From a virus, in the IMG/VR virus record IMGVR_UViG_3300042691_037870, positions 32,001 to 96,000 of that record: DNA of 64,000 bases; one strand, written 5' to 3'. Positions 40,157 to 50,721 of this stretch are shown one piece after another. The position numbers and the translations under genes were made by a program. Position 1 is the stretch's first letter. Every line of letters begins with the position of its first letter. The notes under the pieces are model-generated. The model ran no database searches and had not been told where the DNA came from. It worked only from the letters and a program-made list of their open reading frames with translations.

Positions 40157-42871
40157 TTAACTTTCAAAAAATCCCATAGTCTTTTTACCCGCCGCACACC
40201 ATTTTCCTAAGTAAAGTACATATGCAAGATTTGATAAAGAAAGTCTTTCATATGAAGGCAAATCATCTTGAATAAATGGAAGTAATGCAGTAACAAAAGG
40301 TGCTGCATCAACAGTTACAGGTTGAGTTTTTTCAACACCTTCTATTGTGTATTTTAATGGAATTGTTATTTTAGGAATTGCGCCAAGAGGTTCAGAAGTA
40401 GTTATACCATCCACTATGACAGAACCTCGAATTCCTGTCGTGTGCCAAGATTCTTTAGAACCAACCATCTTAATTGAAAACGGCCATCCCGGATTAACTA
40501 TATAAACAAACGGGGCAGGACATAAACCACAAATTGCAATTCCTATTACAATTAAACAGATAGGATTAGGAATTACAGCAATAGGTTTCCAAATAATAGG
40601 AAGAGGTATTTTAATTAATGTAGTTGGAGTAGGTATTACAATCCCAATTGGCCAGTATAAAGGTAATAAGTTAACTATTGTTGCATTGTTACAATATTTT
40701 TTCCAATACTTTAAAGAAGTAACTGGCGGTGAATTAGGTCTTGGGTTTCCTGCGTAATTAATATCTTCAGGAGGTTCAGTTACATCTATTTCATTTTTTA
40801 CAGGCCACTTAATAAGAGTAACTTTATCACCGTTAATAAATGAGGAAGTTGGTGAACTACCTTCAGGTAATACACAACCACTTTTAACTATCATATCAAG
40901 ACGAGCAGGAAAACTATCAATATATGACTCTAACTCTTTAATTTTACTTAAGAGGTCATCATATTTTTTTTGTAAAGTATCATAAGCATTAACTGTAGAG
41001 ATACGTAAAGTCTCTATTTTATTACGGCTTTCAATCGGTAATCTTAATGCATGATAACCTAAATTTTTAGAATATTCAACAACTTGCTGATATACATCCT
41101 CTGATAAAATTCTTACTGTTTCAGGTAGATTACGATCCTTAGATTTTAAATCTTCAATTTCTTTTTCTACATTTCCAGCATCAGACTCTGGTTTTATACT
41201 TTCGCTTAAAGATAACGCTTTTAACAAAACACCATTTTCAGTATCGGGTAAACTACCCTCCCATATTCTAATTCCTGTGTCTACGTTAAAAATATAAGTA
41301 CCTACTTTGTTAGGATTAATTCTTAAAGATGAATAAGTAAATACAGAATTAGTATTAACCTCACGATCAATTTTTTGCGAGTTAACGCCATAACCAAATG
41401 GTGGGTCAATTTTTTGATCCCATAGACTTAAATAATCGCCTCCACACAATATATTATTTGTAAAAGGTTGAATTATGTCTCTCAATTCACTCAGAATTTC
41501 TTCTATGGGTTTATATGATTCTTTTTCAATTTTTTCAAAATTAATAAACACATATTTTTTAGCATCACCTTCTTTTGTTTTAATATCTGATACATCCACT
41601 CTTGCAAGGGCTGCTGTATCTTCTTCTTTAACATAAACACCGCCTTTTCCTTCTGCTAAAGATTGTAATTGTGCATTAATGTCTAATATTTGATTTGCAA
41701 TTTTAACTTGTTGTGTTATTAAATCAGTGGCTTGTTTTTTTACCTTGTCTGATAGCTTATCATTAACAATAACAGCGCCTTCCTTAGTTATCTTATCAAG
41801 AAAACTTTTGTTTTTATTATAAGTCTCAAAAAGTTTATCCTTTTGTTTTGCAAGTTCTGAAAAAATACCTGTGTATTTAGAAACCCCCATATACTGGCCT
41901 ACATAAATTCCTGAGATAATTTTTCTTACATATACTTCAGGTTCAAGCTTACCAATTTTATCTTTAAGATCACTAAGTTCAGCAATTTTTTGTTTTAGAA
42001 TTTCTGACTCTGCAAAAACTTTTGTAACTGTTTCATCCGGTGAAGGCTCTTCAATCATTATAAGATTATCACCTTTCTTTGTTGTGGACTTAACATATAT
42101 CTTTTTAATTACACCTTCCTTAACAGGTGAAGTTAAAACTTTTCCACCTACTTCTAAAATAGGTTCTCCACAGTTAACGCTATCTCCTTCATTTTTTAAA
42201 ATCTTAACGGTTGCTGTTTTAGTTTTTTTGTCAAGTAAATCTTTAGCACCTGAAAAAACTACAACAGTTTTAGGAGGTTTTTGTAAAGCATCTGCAGGTT
42301 CTACTTGAGGTGGTGGAGTAATAACCAATTCATCTGTAAAATCTAATTGCTCTACAGGTTGTGGTAATTGAATGTCACATTTTGCATCAATCGCCTCAGT
42401 AAGAGAAACGTCAGAAAGTATGTTTGGTGTTTCTTTTCTTATTTCACATTCTACTGAAACGTCTTGAATAACCTTTTCAATTTCTTCTGGGGAGTAGTTC
42501 GGTAAAATTGTAGTTGTATCAGCAGGACAAGCAGTAATGTCAATATCTTCTATAACAGAACTTCTTTCTGTAAAAGAAATAGATTCTTTATCTTCATCAT
42601 CAAAATTAGATAACGATCCTCCAGTATTCCCTACTGCATTATCTTTTGTTGTAAATGAAATGTTTGCAAGAGGGCCGTACTTTTCAGCTACAATAGACAT
42701 TAATTCATTAATATTTTTACCTTCTTCACCTGTAGGTATAAAAGGTACTCCGTCTATTCTTTTTGCTTTTTGCTTAATTTCATTAACTATCGCATCTGCA
42801 ACAGCCTTTTTACCACTTAAAGAACTAAGTAGTTGTTGAATATATGCTGCTCCTGCTGTTGGGTTTGCCAT
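40157..42871 (-). CDS. Large protein with biotinyl/lipoyl-like domain, coiled coils and hydrophobic Pro/Ile/Cys-rich C-terminus
   Basis: VKILKNEGDSVNCGEPILEV...LTSPVKEGVIKKIYVK...KKGDNLIMIE; directly downstream of the gp5-like gene. Confidence 0.6.
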   Translation of the reverse strand: MANPTAGAAYIQQLLSSLSGKKAVADAIVNEIKQKAKRIDGVPFIPTGEEGKNINELMSIVAEKYGPLANISFTTKDNAVGNTGGSLSNFDDEDKESISFTERSSVIEDIDITACPADTTTILPNYSPEEIEKVIQDVSVECEIRKETPNILSDVSLTEAIDAKCDIQLPQPVEQLDFTDELVITPPPQVEPADALQKPPKTVVVFSGAKDLLDKKTKTATVKILKNEGDSVNCGEPILEVGGKVLTSPVKEGVIKKIYVKSTTKKGDNLIMIEEPSPDETVTKVFAESEILKQKIAELSDLKDKIGKLEPEVYVRKIISGIYVGQYMGVSKYTGIFSELAKQKDKLFETYNKNKSFLDKITKEGAVIVNDKLSDKVKKQATDLITQQVKIANQILDINAQLQSLAEGKGGVYVKEEDTAALARVDVSDIKTKEGDAKKYVFINFEKIEKESYKPIEEILSELRDIIQPFTNNILCGGDYLSLWDQKIDPPFGYGVNSQKIDREVNTNSVFTYSSLRINPNKVGTYIFNVDTGIRIWEGSLPDTENGVLLKALSLSESIKPESDAGNVEKEIEDLKSKDRNLPETVRILSEDVYQQVVEYSKNLGYHALRLPIESRNKIETLRISTVNAYDTLQKKYDDLLSKIKELESYIDSFPARLDMIVKSGCVLPEGSSPTSSFINGDKVTLIKWPVKNEIDVTEPPEDINYAGNPRPNSPPVTSLKYWKKYCNNATIVNLLPLYWPIGIVIPTPTTLIKIPLPIIWKPIAVIPNPICLIVIGIAICGLCPAPFVYIVNPGWPFSIKMVGSKESWHTTGIRGSVIVDGITTSEPLGAIPKITIPLKYTIEGVEKTQPVTVDAAPFVTALLPFIQDDLPSYERLSLSNLAYVLYLGKWCAAGKKTMGFFES

Positions 42872-42882
42872 ATCATATTTTA

Positions 42883-43662
42883 TTAAGGAACTGTTACTGT
42901 TACGTTATTTGATGTAGATGCAGTTTCTGCCGCTGCCGCTGCCGACGCATTAGCGCCTGGACTTGGTGGCCATTTTAAATCAACTGCTGCAGATAAAGAT
43001 TTTAAGAATGCCCATAGTGGTTCTGCGCCTACTGCACTAAAATTACCAACTGGCCCTAATTGTGTTAACGTAGTTCCGTTATAGATACAAGTTTGTGCAG
43101 TTGCTTCAATCTTATTTGCAGCTGTAATATTAATGTTATTTTGTGTTGTGATATTGCAGTCAGGACCTACAAGTTCAATAATACTTTGTGAGTCAGCGTG
43201 TTCAATTGTAATACTTACATCAGGATTAATTGTAATGTGCGATTTTTTAAAGTAAATTTCAAATCCCTTAGATGGTGTATAAAAAACTCTCATATCTTCA
43301 TCAACATCATACATAATTACATGTGAATTAAGATATGAATCTGCTATTTCATCTTTTACAGCTTGATTAATGTAAGCAAGTGAGTGCCATTCAGGGTTAT
43401 ACATTTCTCCTTCTGAAAATGTTACTCTTACAATAGCTTTGTTCTTTGGTATTGAAATATCACCAAATCCACCATCAGCTCCACCACCAAACATTTTTGA
43501 AGATCCAGGTGAAGCCCAAGGTAAATCTTGGGTTGGTATATCATTAAAGATACCAAAAACATTTACTTTACAACGCCCTTCTTGTAATGGGTCATTATTA
43601 TCAACAACTTCACCGTAGAAAATTCTACCTACAAGTTCATCTTTATTTAATCCTTTTATCAT
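42883..43662 (-). CDS. gp5: Baseplate central spike (gp5/gpV OB-fold), no lysozyme domain
   Basis: GEVVDNNDPLQEGRCKVNVFG..DLPWA..IPKNKAIVRVTF, followed by short beta-strand repeats. Confidence 0.85.
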   Translation of the reverse strand: MIKGLNKDELVGRIFYGEVVDNNDPLQEGRCKVNVFGIFNDIPTQDLPWASPGSSKMFGGGADGGFGDISIPKNKAIVRVTFSEGEMYNPEWHSLAYINQAVKDEIADSYLNSHVIMYDVDEDMRVFYTPSKGFEIYFKKSHITINPDVSITIEHADSQSIIELVGPDCNITTQNNINITAANKIEATAQTCIYNGTTLTQLGPVGNFSAVGAEPLWAFLKSLSAAVDLKWPPSPGANASAAAAAETASTSNNVTVTVP

Positions 43663-45422
43663 TATAAATCTGCTTTACCTAATGTTGTTTTTGGAATAAA
43701 TGGAGCGGTTAAATCCGCTTTACCAGGATTGGTACCTGCTTGCGCAAATGCTGTTAAATTTGTTTTTTGTGGAGATGATCTATTTACATTAGGTGCCTCT
43801 AAACTTGCATTTCCAATATTTGAGGAATCTGTAGTTATATCATTACCGCTATCAGCAATTGTACCAGCTCTACCTGCTACGCCTGGGTTAACAGGCACTG
43901 TTGTTAAATTTGCATTTCCTAAAGGCCCTCCAGCATTTGCATTGCTTTCAAAAGAAACTGATCCTAAATTTCCTGGAATTGGTATATTTCCTTGCATATT
44001 TCCTTGACCAATAATGTTTTGTACTAATTCTATTTCAGCTCCGGTGAGTTCAACTTTTTTTGCTATCTCAGAACCTATTGTAGGACTACTGTGTTTTCTT
44101 AATAGATTTTCTATAGCGCCTGCAGGGTTATTTAGTATATCTTGAGCTGAACCCAATAAACTTGTAGGAGATACTCCAAATGCATTTCCTAAAAGAAAGC
44201 TATTTACCTGATTTTTTACAAAGTCTGTTGCTGCTGCTTCTAATCCTTTAAGTGCTCGGCCGGCTAGTTGACCCAATAATCCACTACTATTGGGTAAACC
44301 ATTATCAGAATTAAATTGTTTTTGAGATTGGTCGCGCTGAAGTAACCCACTTCCAAAATCATCTTTTGCAGAAGCTTCATTTGCAACAGATTCAGGTATT
44401 ACTCCGTTTTCATTAGGAATTGGACTTGGGGTATAAATTGTTTTATTTGCGGCATCTTTACCATAATCACTATATGTGGCAGTGTCTTCAAGAATAGCAC
44501 CTAATAAACCATAAACATTTCTTTCACGAATTACATTTGTTTTAATTATAAGTTTATTTGTTGCCATTACATCAGGCGAAATCCCAACACTTTCTAAAAA
44601 AGGAGGTGCTTCAGTAAAAAAATCAATTTCGCATTGCTCAAAAGAAAATTTAACAAATGTAGCTGTAGACCACGGAACCGTAGGATCGTATAAACCATAT
44701 TGCTCTCTTTGATTTGCATTAGATAATCCAACGCTTGCTTTAAAAGAATCTATACGATTATTTACTCCATCAACAATTTTTTCTTTTGCTTTTGCAAATT
44801 TTGATTGTGGTTCATTTTTTGGCTGACCTGGTGAATTTGTAGTTTCACTTTTCTTTACCCCAAACTTCATAGGTCTAACTTCACTTACCACAATATTCAT
44901 TTTAAAATATCTCATGTGGTCAGGAACTGCCCATCTCATCCAATTTGCATCCCAAACAGCTTTACGATATAAGTCAATAATGTAATTCATTTTTAAATCA
45001 ATTGACTCTAAAGTTTCAATGGTTAACTTTTTATCTTTACCTCTCCAATTTTGAGCAGGGTCCATTTTCCAAGCATCTGCTAATCCACTTACTTTAACAA
45101 AATACCACGGGCATTCATTAATTAGTTGTTTAAAATGTTTTTCAAAAAGTAATATGTAATTAGCTCTTTTATATTCACCTCTATTTTTTAAGTAATTATA
45201 TGTAGAATAGATGTCTTTTTCAGGGTCTTGAGAAAATAGACCATGAGGTAAATCATTCATATCGTATAAATTATTTACGCTTCTTGTTGGAATCTCTACA
45301 AGCTGTATCTGAAACCCTACATAAGTAGGATCTTGATAGTCACTCATTGGACTCGGTGCTGTTTGATCCAAACTATTTCCATAGTTATGAAACTGCTTAG
45401 TAACTTTATCAGCGTAAAACAT
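43662..45422 (-). CDS. Putative tail/baseplate protein (possible tube-initiator fold) with low-complexity C-terminus
   Basis: Between hub-like and gp5-like genes; own GATATATA motif; C-terminal GxAxL repeats. Confidence 0.5.
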   Translation of the reverse strand: MFYADKVTKQFHNYGNSLDQTAPSPMSDYQDPTYVGFQIQLVEIPTRSVNNLYDMNDLPHGLFSQDPEKDIYSTYNYLKNRGEYKRANYILLFEKHFKQLINECPWYFVKVSGLADAWKMDPAQNWRGKDKKLTIETLESIDLKMNYIIDLYRKAVWDANWMRWAVPDHMRYFKMNIVVSEVRPMKFGVKKSETTNSPGQPKNEPQSKFAKAKEKIVDGVNNRIDSFKASVGLSNANQREQYGLYDPTVPWSTATFVKFSFEQCEIDFFTEAPPFLESVGISPDVMATNKLIIKTNVIRERNVYGLLGAILEDTATYSDYGKDAANKTIYTPSPIPNENGVIPESVANEASAKDDFGSGLLQRDQSQKQFNSDNGLPNSSGLLGQLAGRALKGLEAAATDFVKNQVNSFLLGNAFGVSPTSLLGSAQDILNNPAGAIENLLRKHSSPTIGSEIAKKVELTGAEIELVQNIIGQGNMQGNIPIPGNLGSVSFESNANAGGPLGNANLTTVPVNPGVAGRAGTIADSGNDITTDSSNIGNASLEAPNVNRSSPQKTNLTAFAQAGTNPGKADLTAPFIPKTTLGKADL

Positions 45423-45443
45423 ATTCTAAATTATATATCTTTT

Positions 45444-46988
45444 TTATCCCAACGGAGTCGGCCATTCACGTCTTGTCATAATAAATGTTTGAAACATGGT
45501 TGGGCCTGCATTTTCACCAGAGTTAACAGGTGAATAACTTGTACCTTCACCTGTGTATGTAAGTTTCATACCGTTTATCATATAATACCCACTATAAAAT
45601 TGATCCATCACAATAAAATCCTGATAAGAAGAAGCTTCTGTAACTTTTGCATCTTCTCCAGTAGCATCAGCCATTGCTTTCATTTTATCAGTTTGTGAAA
45701 TAAGAACAATGGGTATTTTTTCACCCATATAAATGTTAGGATTCCATCTTGTAACATTTACTTCAAGATATAACTTACGAGTTTCCAATAAGTTTCTTTC
45801 ATTATGTGCTTTTGCATAAATAAATTTATCGTGAACATTTGTACTTTGAATTCCTTTCCATACAAAACGATTTTGAGTTTTCCAATATTCTTCTTGAGAC
45901 GGTGATTTTCCACTTGCGTCCTTTTCATCTTCTTTCTTAGGAAATGTTCTACCTTTAAGAATGATTTTTTTATTCTCAGCTCCATCTGAAGTTTTTGGGT
46001 CAATAAAAATATCCCAATACTTTAAGCTTTTCATATCAAAGAATTGTACATGATACTTATATCCATACTGCTCATGTATTTTAGTACTTTCGTTAATCGT
46101 TTTATACTGGCGAACAAACATATTAGTTCCTTTTAAACTTCCAATGTTTGTTAGCATTTTAGCTGACTGTGTTTGCGATCTTTCAACTTTGCCTACATCA
46201 TTAGAATAAAAATCTCTAAAGAGAGTAGAATCTAAAATGCCTGCCGCTAATTGCCCATCACCTTCAAGCTGATTATTTACATTTATAAAGTTTAAGTGAT
46301 AATATACATCAATAAATACTTTATAAAAACTACGTTCATCTTTCCAAGATGCGCTTACAATGTCTTCAATATATTGTTCCCATGTACTACCCGGACAAAT
46401 CCAGGCTTGTGAATCTGCAGTAGAAGTTTCATTTGTGGCAAAACCTAATTCTAATTCTTTTGCAATATCTTGCAATACATTAAATGAATTTCCGTTATAT
46501 GATGTAATAATTTCATCTTTAATATGTGGTATGAATAATTCTCCAGTAATTGTAGTTGTACCACCACGATTCTCAATTCCACCACCACCAGATTGAACCT
46601 GTTTAATTATGTAATCATTACGAATAGGTTTAAAAGCATCATTCTTAGCACGAATAAAAACACTTAAGATATCACCGTCTTTAGGATATGATTGTGAACG
46701 AAACGCATCAGTTTTAACTAATGTAAATACTAGGGTGCATGTAGGGACAAACCCTGTTGCATCAATCCTAAAAGATTGAATTTCATCCGCATCAAAAACA
46801 TAGTTATTAATTGTAAGAAATGGGTAATCAACTCCAAGTTGGTTTTGATGCTGTTCACCAGTAGTTATACCTTTTTGTGTTTTAAGTTTATCACTTGTTC
46901 CTGTAAACACATCTTCTACTTCAAGACGGTCAATCTTGATTTTAGGATCAAATAGCGATCTTACAATGGTATTTTCGTCTTGTGCCAT
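45444..46988 (-). CDS. Putative baseplate hub protein (gp27/gpD-like)
   Basis: SYNGNSFNVLQDIAKELELG, FIDVYYHLNFINVN and terminal FYSGYYMINGMKLTY..MTRREW are hub-type patterns; upstream of gp5. Confidence 0.6.
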   Translation of the reverse strand: MAQDENTIVRSLFDPKIKIDRLEVEDVFTGTSDKLKTQKGITTGEQHQNQLGVDYPFLTINNYVFDADEIQSFRIDATGFVPTCTLVFTLVKTDAFRSQSYPKDGDILSVFIRAKNDAFKPIRNDYIIKQVQSGGGGIENRGGTTTITGELFIPHIKDEIITSYNGNSFNVLQDIAKELELGFATNETSTADSQAWICPGSTWEQYIEDIVSASWKDERSFYKVFIDVYYHLNFINVNNQLEGDGQLAAGILDSTLFRDFYSNDVGKVERSQTQSAKMLTNIGSLKGTNMFVRQYKTINESTKIHEQYGYKYHVQFFDMKSLKYWDIFIDPKTSDGAENKKIILKGRTFPKKEDEKDASGKSPSQEEYWKTQNRFVWKGIQSTNVHDKFIYAKAHNERNLLETRKLYLEVNVTRWNPNIYMGEKIPIVLISQTDKMKAMADATGEDAKVTEASSYQDFIVMDQFYSGYYMINGMKLTYTGEGTSYSPVNSGENAGPTMFQTFIMTRREWPTPLG

Positions 46989-47611
46989 TATTTAGTATTT
47001 AATCTATTCTTAATAAGTCTTGAAATAAATTCACTTTTAGATAGCGGCTTATCGCAGTCTTCATCTTGTTTTGTAACATTAGGTCCAAAAATAATCTTAC
47101 CATTTCTAACTTGTAATTCAGTATCTCCAAACCCAGCATAGTTAGGTGGTAATGCAGGCTGATTACCTTTAGATGGATCAGGTTTTCTTGGCGTGTCACG
47201 TTTATCAAATGTTCTAAAGTTAGGATCAACTGTTGATTTTTTCTCTGGGGTAATATATTGATCACGGATATCAGCCCTATCAATTTTTGATTCATTACCG
47301 GATCTCATGTTTCTTTCCATACTAGGTATATCAAACGTATATAAAGTTTCCCCTTCATCAATCGCAAAAGGGTTTGAGATTCCGTTAAATTTAAGAACAC
47401 CTTCCATTGAGTCGAGATAACCGTACATTTTTTGTGTAATTAAATCAGGCCTCATAACATCATCAGCGGTAACTAAATAATAAGAAATTACACTCGGATA
47501 AACACCCTCCTCGGATTTTACTAAATCTTTTTTTAGTAAGTCAACTATATCGTTACCTTTTTTATCTTTAATAAGAGGTTTACTGTCTACGGTTTTTGTA
47601 AAACTTAACAT
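46988..47611 (-). CDS. gp53: Baseplate wedge protein gp53-like (LysM-related)
   Basis: YLVTADDVMRPDLITQKMYG...VLKFNGISNPFAIDEGETL. Confidence 0.75.
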   Translation of the reverse strand: MLSFTKTVDSKPLIKDKKGNDIVDLLKKDLVKSEEGVYPSVISYYLVTADDVMRPDLITQKMYGYLDSMEGVLKFNGISNPFAIDEGETLYTFDIPSMERNMRSGNESKIDRADIRDQYITPEKKSTVDPNFRTFDKRDTPRKPDPSKGNQPALPPNYAGFGDTELQVRNGKIIFGPNVTKQDEDCDKPLSKSEFISRLIKNRLNTK

Positions 47612-49713
47612 TATTTCTTAGCATTATTTTCATTAGCAGCGGCTACTTTTCCTGCTTCGGGGTTATAACCATATCCTTGAGCATATAAAGCACCAAACTT
47701 ATTAGCTACTACAGGCTGACTTGCAGTATTCCCAGGATCGTTTTGCTGTTCACGCTGTACATCTGGATTACTTGCCGTAGCTTCTTTTTCAGAACCTTTA
47801 GGATCATTTGAGTAATACTTATATCTACTTGGAATTGATGTATCAACTGGTGATTGAGTTGTAGATGCTAAGTTTTCTTCATATCCTTTAGGAAGTGCAT
47901 AAATTCGTCCACGACCTTTGTTAAACATGGATTCAATTGCAGGTTTATCTCGAGGCATACCGTGCTCAAGAGTTATTGTTGCTTTAATCTCTGTTGGAAA
48001 ATCATCAGGACCAAGCTCATCACTAAATTCAAGTTTGCAATTAGTACATATCATATTACCCATCATCATAATCGGATTTTGAGGAGGTCCTATCATTAAG
48101 TGCCATTCACCCACAGGTGCTCCAGTTAATAAAGAGTGAATACCCGTAACACGTGTTCTTGCTTGTGAAGATGTCAAGTTCATAAATTGTTTCATACCGC
48201 CAGATGCAATTTGTTGTAATCCTTCTTCAGGACTACCACCTAATAACTTATTAAATAAATCACTCATGTTCTGAAACACTTTTGTGAATTGATCTGAAAG
48301 AGCGGAAAAGAATGCTTCAGGATTGCCTTGCATCCAAGCAGCTTTACCTGCCGCGCCTCCTAAGAAAGGGTCAGCCGTACCGAAACCAGCATTAGGCATA
48401 TGACGGTTAGCACCACCCCAGAATGGAGCTGTTGCCGAACACATTAACATAATGTTACCAATAATATCTAATCCAGCTGCTTTAGTGTTTATCCCACCAA
48501 TTGCTCTAAGACTATATTCAAATTGTAGATTAATCGTATGTTTAAATTCTAAACCTCTTTCTCTACCTTTAGTTTTATCAATTACATTTACAGGTCCAAT
48601 AATCTTATTAGCATAAGGACCGTTGTTATAAGGATCAACTGGCTCAGGACCTGGAGTTTTTGTTTTTGCACCAGCAGCACCACTTGTTAAGAATCCTAAA
48701 ACTTTTGATAAACCTGGAGCAGGATTATTTACAGATCCTCCATCACTATCAGTATTTACTTCCCAAACAGCAGCTTCAATATCTTTCCATTTAAGTGCAG
48801 TTTCAATAGGCCCTAAAATAGTAGACATTTTATTTCCCGTATCTTCACCTAAGAAAGTAAGCATTGTTGCTACGGGTTTTAGTTTTTCTCCCTTAACTTC
48901 GTTACGGACTTCTTCAGCGCTGGAAACCGCATCATTTACAGGGAATGCATATCTTCTTAAAGTAATAAGATAGTTATTAGGAATTTTGTTCCACCATTTT
49001 AAAAATGCAAAGTCTGTAAACTTATAAGGAAATTTATTTACATTAAGAGGAGTTCTTGACCAATTTACAATTTCTTGCGTTGTAGGTGCAGTTGATGGCT
49101 GAACACCAGCACCACCGTCAACTGTAGGCTCAGAAACATTATACCAACGTATTTGATTCTCGCGATCAATTAAATACTTATTATTTACTTTACCACCCGC
49201 CGCTTGTAGGTTAATATATGAGTTAGGGTTAATTAAAGCAGGTACACCAAAGAATTCTGTAAACTTATTTGCCACTTCAGGAGGAGCATTTTGTCCAGCA
49301 ACTTTAGCTGATTTTTCATCATTAGGGTCGCTGGGGAACGCCATACCATCAATAAGAGGGTGCTCATTTGCAGCGCTCATTGAATATACAACTGCTCCAG
49401 TATCGCTATTTACAGCAAACACAAGTCGTGGATCTTGAGGACTAAGATCGTCAATACTAGGTGGTGGCGCTGCTGGAGTTGTATTTGTCTGTGGTGGTTC
49501 TGCAGGCGGTGGCGTAATAGGATAATCTATGATTACAGTATTTGGTGGATAGTTTGTTTCAGGGGCTGTTTTCCAAGTACCTTTAGTTTCATCCACAGCA
49601 CTACGAATCATCATCACATCTTCTGTAGCTGATAACTCTGGATTTTCAGTATCAATGTTTCTATAATAAAAGATTGGACCTTGTTTTCTAATAAACTTTT
49701 CTGCTTCTGCCAT
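47611..49713 (-). CDS. Putative baseplate tail-tube cap/initiator (gp48/gp54-like)
   Basis: RGLEFKHTINLQFEY and GNMICTNCKLEF...DDFPTEIKATITL resemble tube-cap folds; TAATG-coupled to gp53-like gene. Confidence 0.55.
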   Translation of the reverse strand: MAEAEKFIRKQGPIFYYRNIDTENPELSATEDVMMIRSAVDETKGTWKTAPETNYPPNTVIIDYPITPPPAEPPQTNTTPAAPPPSIDDLSPQDPRLVFAVNSDTGAVVYSMSAANEHPLIDGMAFPSDPNDEKSAKVAGQNAPPEVANKFTEFFGVPALINPNSYINLQAAGGKVNNKYLIDRENQIRWYNVSEPTVDGGAGVQPSTAPTTQEIVNWSRTPLNVNKFPYKFTDFAFLKWWNKIPNNYLITLRRYAFPVNDAVSSAEEVRNEVKGEKLKPVATMLTFLGEDTGNKMSTILGPIETALKWKDIEAAVWEVNTDSDGGSVNNPAPGLSKVLGFLTSGAAGAKTKTPGPEPVDPYNNGPYANKIIGPVNVIDKTKGRERGLEFKHTINLQFEYSLRAIGGINTKAAGLDIIGNIMLMCSATAPFWGGANRHMPNAGFGTADPFLGGAAGKAAWMQGNPEAFFSALSDQFTKVFQNMSDLFNKLLGGSPEEGLQQIASGGMKQFMNLTSSQARTRVTGIHSLLTGAPVGEWHLMIGPPQNPIMMMGNMICTNCKLEFSDELGPDDFPTEIKATITLEHGMPRDKPAIESMFNKGRGRIYALPKGYEENLASTTQSPVDTSIPSRYKYYSNDPKGSEKEATASNPDVQREQQNDPGNTASQPVVANKFGALYAQGYGYNPEAGKVAAANENNAKK

Positions 49714-49796
49714 TTATAGAATATCTTATTTTTTCTATATATCATAGAATCAATTATACATAAGATTGGGATATATAGAAAAACTAGTTATACATT

Positions 49797-49985
49797 ATGA
49801 AACAGTCTTCACAAAGAGAATTTACTAAAAATCTTATACCACCTAAGAAAAAACAAAAAGATTCTGTTTATACGCTAAAGCCGCGTTTAAATAAAAGATT
49901 GATATTGAGAATGCGTAGTCAGCAGTGGGAAGTTATTAAAGAAGAAAACTATTCTTCTACTTCGGAATCCATCCAACAAACTTGA
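49797..49985 (+). CDS. Small basic hypothetical protein
   Basis: Preceded by GATATATA on the + strand (49770-49777), the motif that precedes other genes; overlaps the convergent gene by 37 nt. Confidence 0.45.
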   Translation: MKQSSQREFTKNLIPPKKKQKDSVYTLKPRLNKRLILRMRSQQWEVIKEENYSSTSESIQQT

Positions 49986-50386
49986 ATAGGTGTGCATTCA
50001 ATAATATGCACTTTTTTAATACTAGGAAAGAATAAGACTTCTTCAAAGAGTTCGTAATATTCTTCATTCTTTCCTTTTTCTGTTAAGAAGATTACTTTTT
50101 GAACTTGTGTCTGTTCTTGACAAAAGTGAATTAAACCACGAATAATTTCATCATTAAGATTTTCATTAACATAAATAATCGACTGCATCTTTTTACTTGA
50201 CGCAGTCGATGTAATGATTTTCTTAATCTTTTGGTTTACAATATAAGATGAATAAGAATCAATATTTTCTATAGAATACCCTAAGTCAACGACCACTTCG
50301 TCAACCGCAATAATTTGTTGCTTTCTTAAATTAAGAAAGGCTTTTTTAAGTTTTGCTCGGTTTTCTATAGTTATGTATAGATTCAT
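49949..50386 (-). CDS. Hypothetical alpha/beta protein
   Basis: TAATG-coupled ORF in operon; no catalytic motif recognised. Confidence 0.6.
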   Translation of the reverse strand: MNLYITIENRAKLKKAFLNLRKQQIIAVDEVVVDLGYSIENIDSYSSYIVNQKIKKIITSTASSKKMQSIIYVNENLNDEIIRGLIHFCQEQTQVQKVIFLTEKGKNEEYYELFEEVLFFPSIKKVHIIECTPIQVCWMDSEVEE

Positions 50387-50721
50387 TATTCAGTAGGGTG
50401 TACGTGTGCCGTTGTAATTTTTTTCATATGACGCTTTTCCCATTTAGCATTTTCCAAAGCATATAACTCATCTACATGAGCGGTTGCTTCTTCAATCGTC
50501 ATACCTGTTTCTTGAAAAGAAGTAATTCTCTTTTGATACACTTCTGCTTCAAAAGCTTGTTCATACTGCTCGCGTGCTTGAACATTTTGCAAGTGAATTT
50601 GTTTTCCACTTTCCATTCTTCTTTTACGCATTTCAGCTTTTTCAGAGGCTGACATATTTGCAAATTGTTTACGCAGACCTAACTGCTTTTCCATTTTTCG
50701 TCTTTGTTGTCTGTTATACAT
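50386..50721 (-). CDS. Hypothetical charged helical protein
   Basis: N-terminal NRQQRR; coupled to flanking genes. Confidence 0.65.
   Translation of the reverse strand: MYNRQQRRKMEKQLGLRKQFANMSASEKAEMRKRRMESGKQIHLQNVQAREQYEQAFEAEVYQKRITSFQETGMTIEEATAHVDELYALENAKWEKRHMKKITTAHVHPTE

Noticed and set aside
33584-49713. Bacterial contractile injection system (eCIS/tailocin/T6SS) instead of a phage
   Set aside because: A gp13-like neck gene, capsid-targeting-like leaders, phage-type accessory genes and the lack of bacterial housekeeping context favour a jumbo phage.
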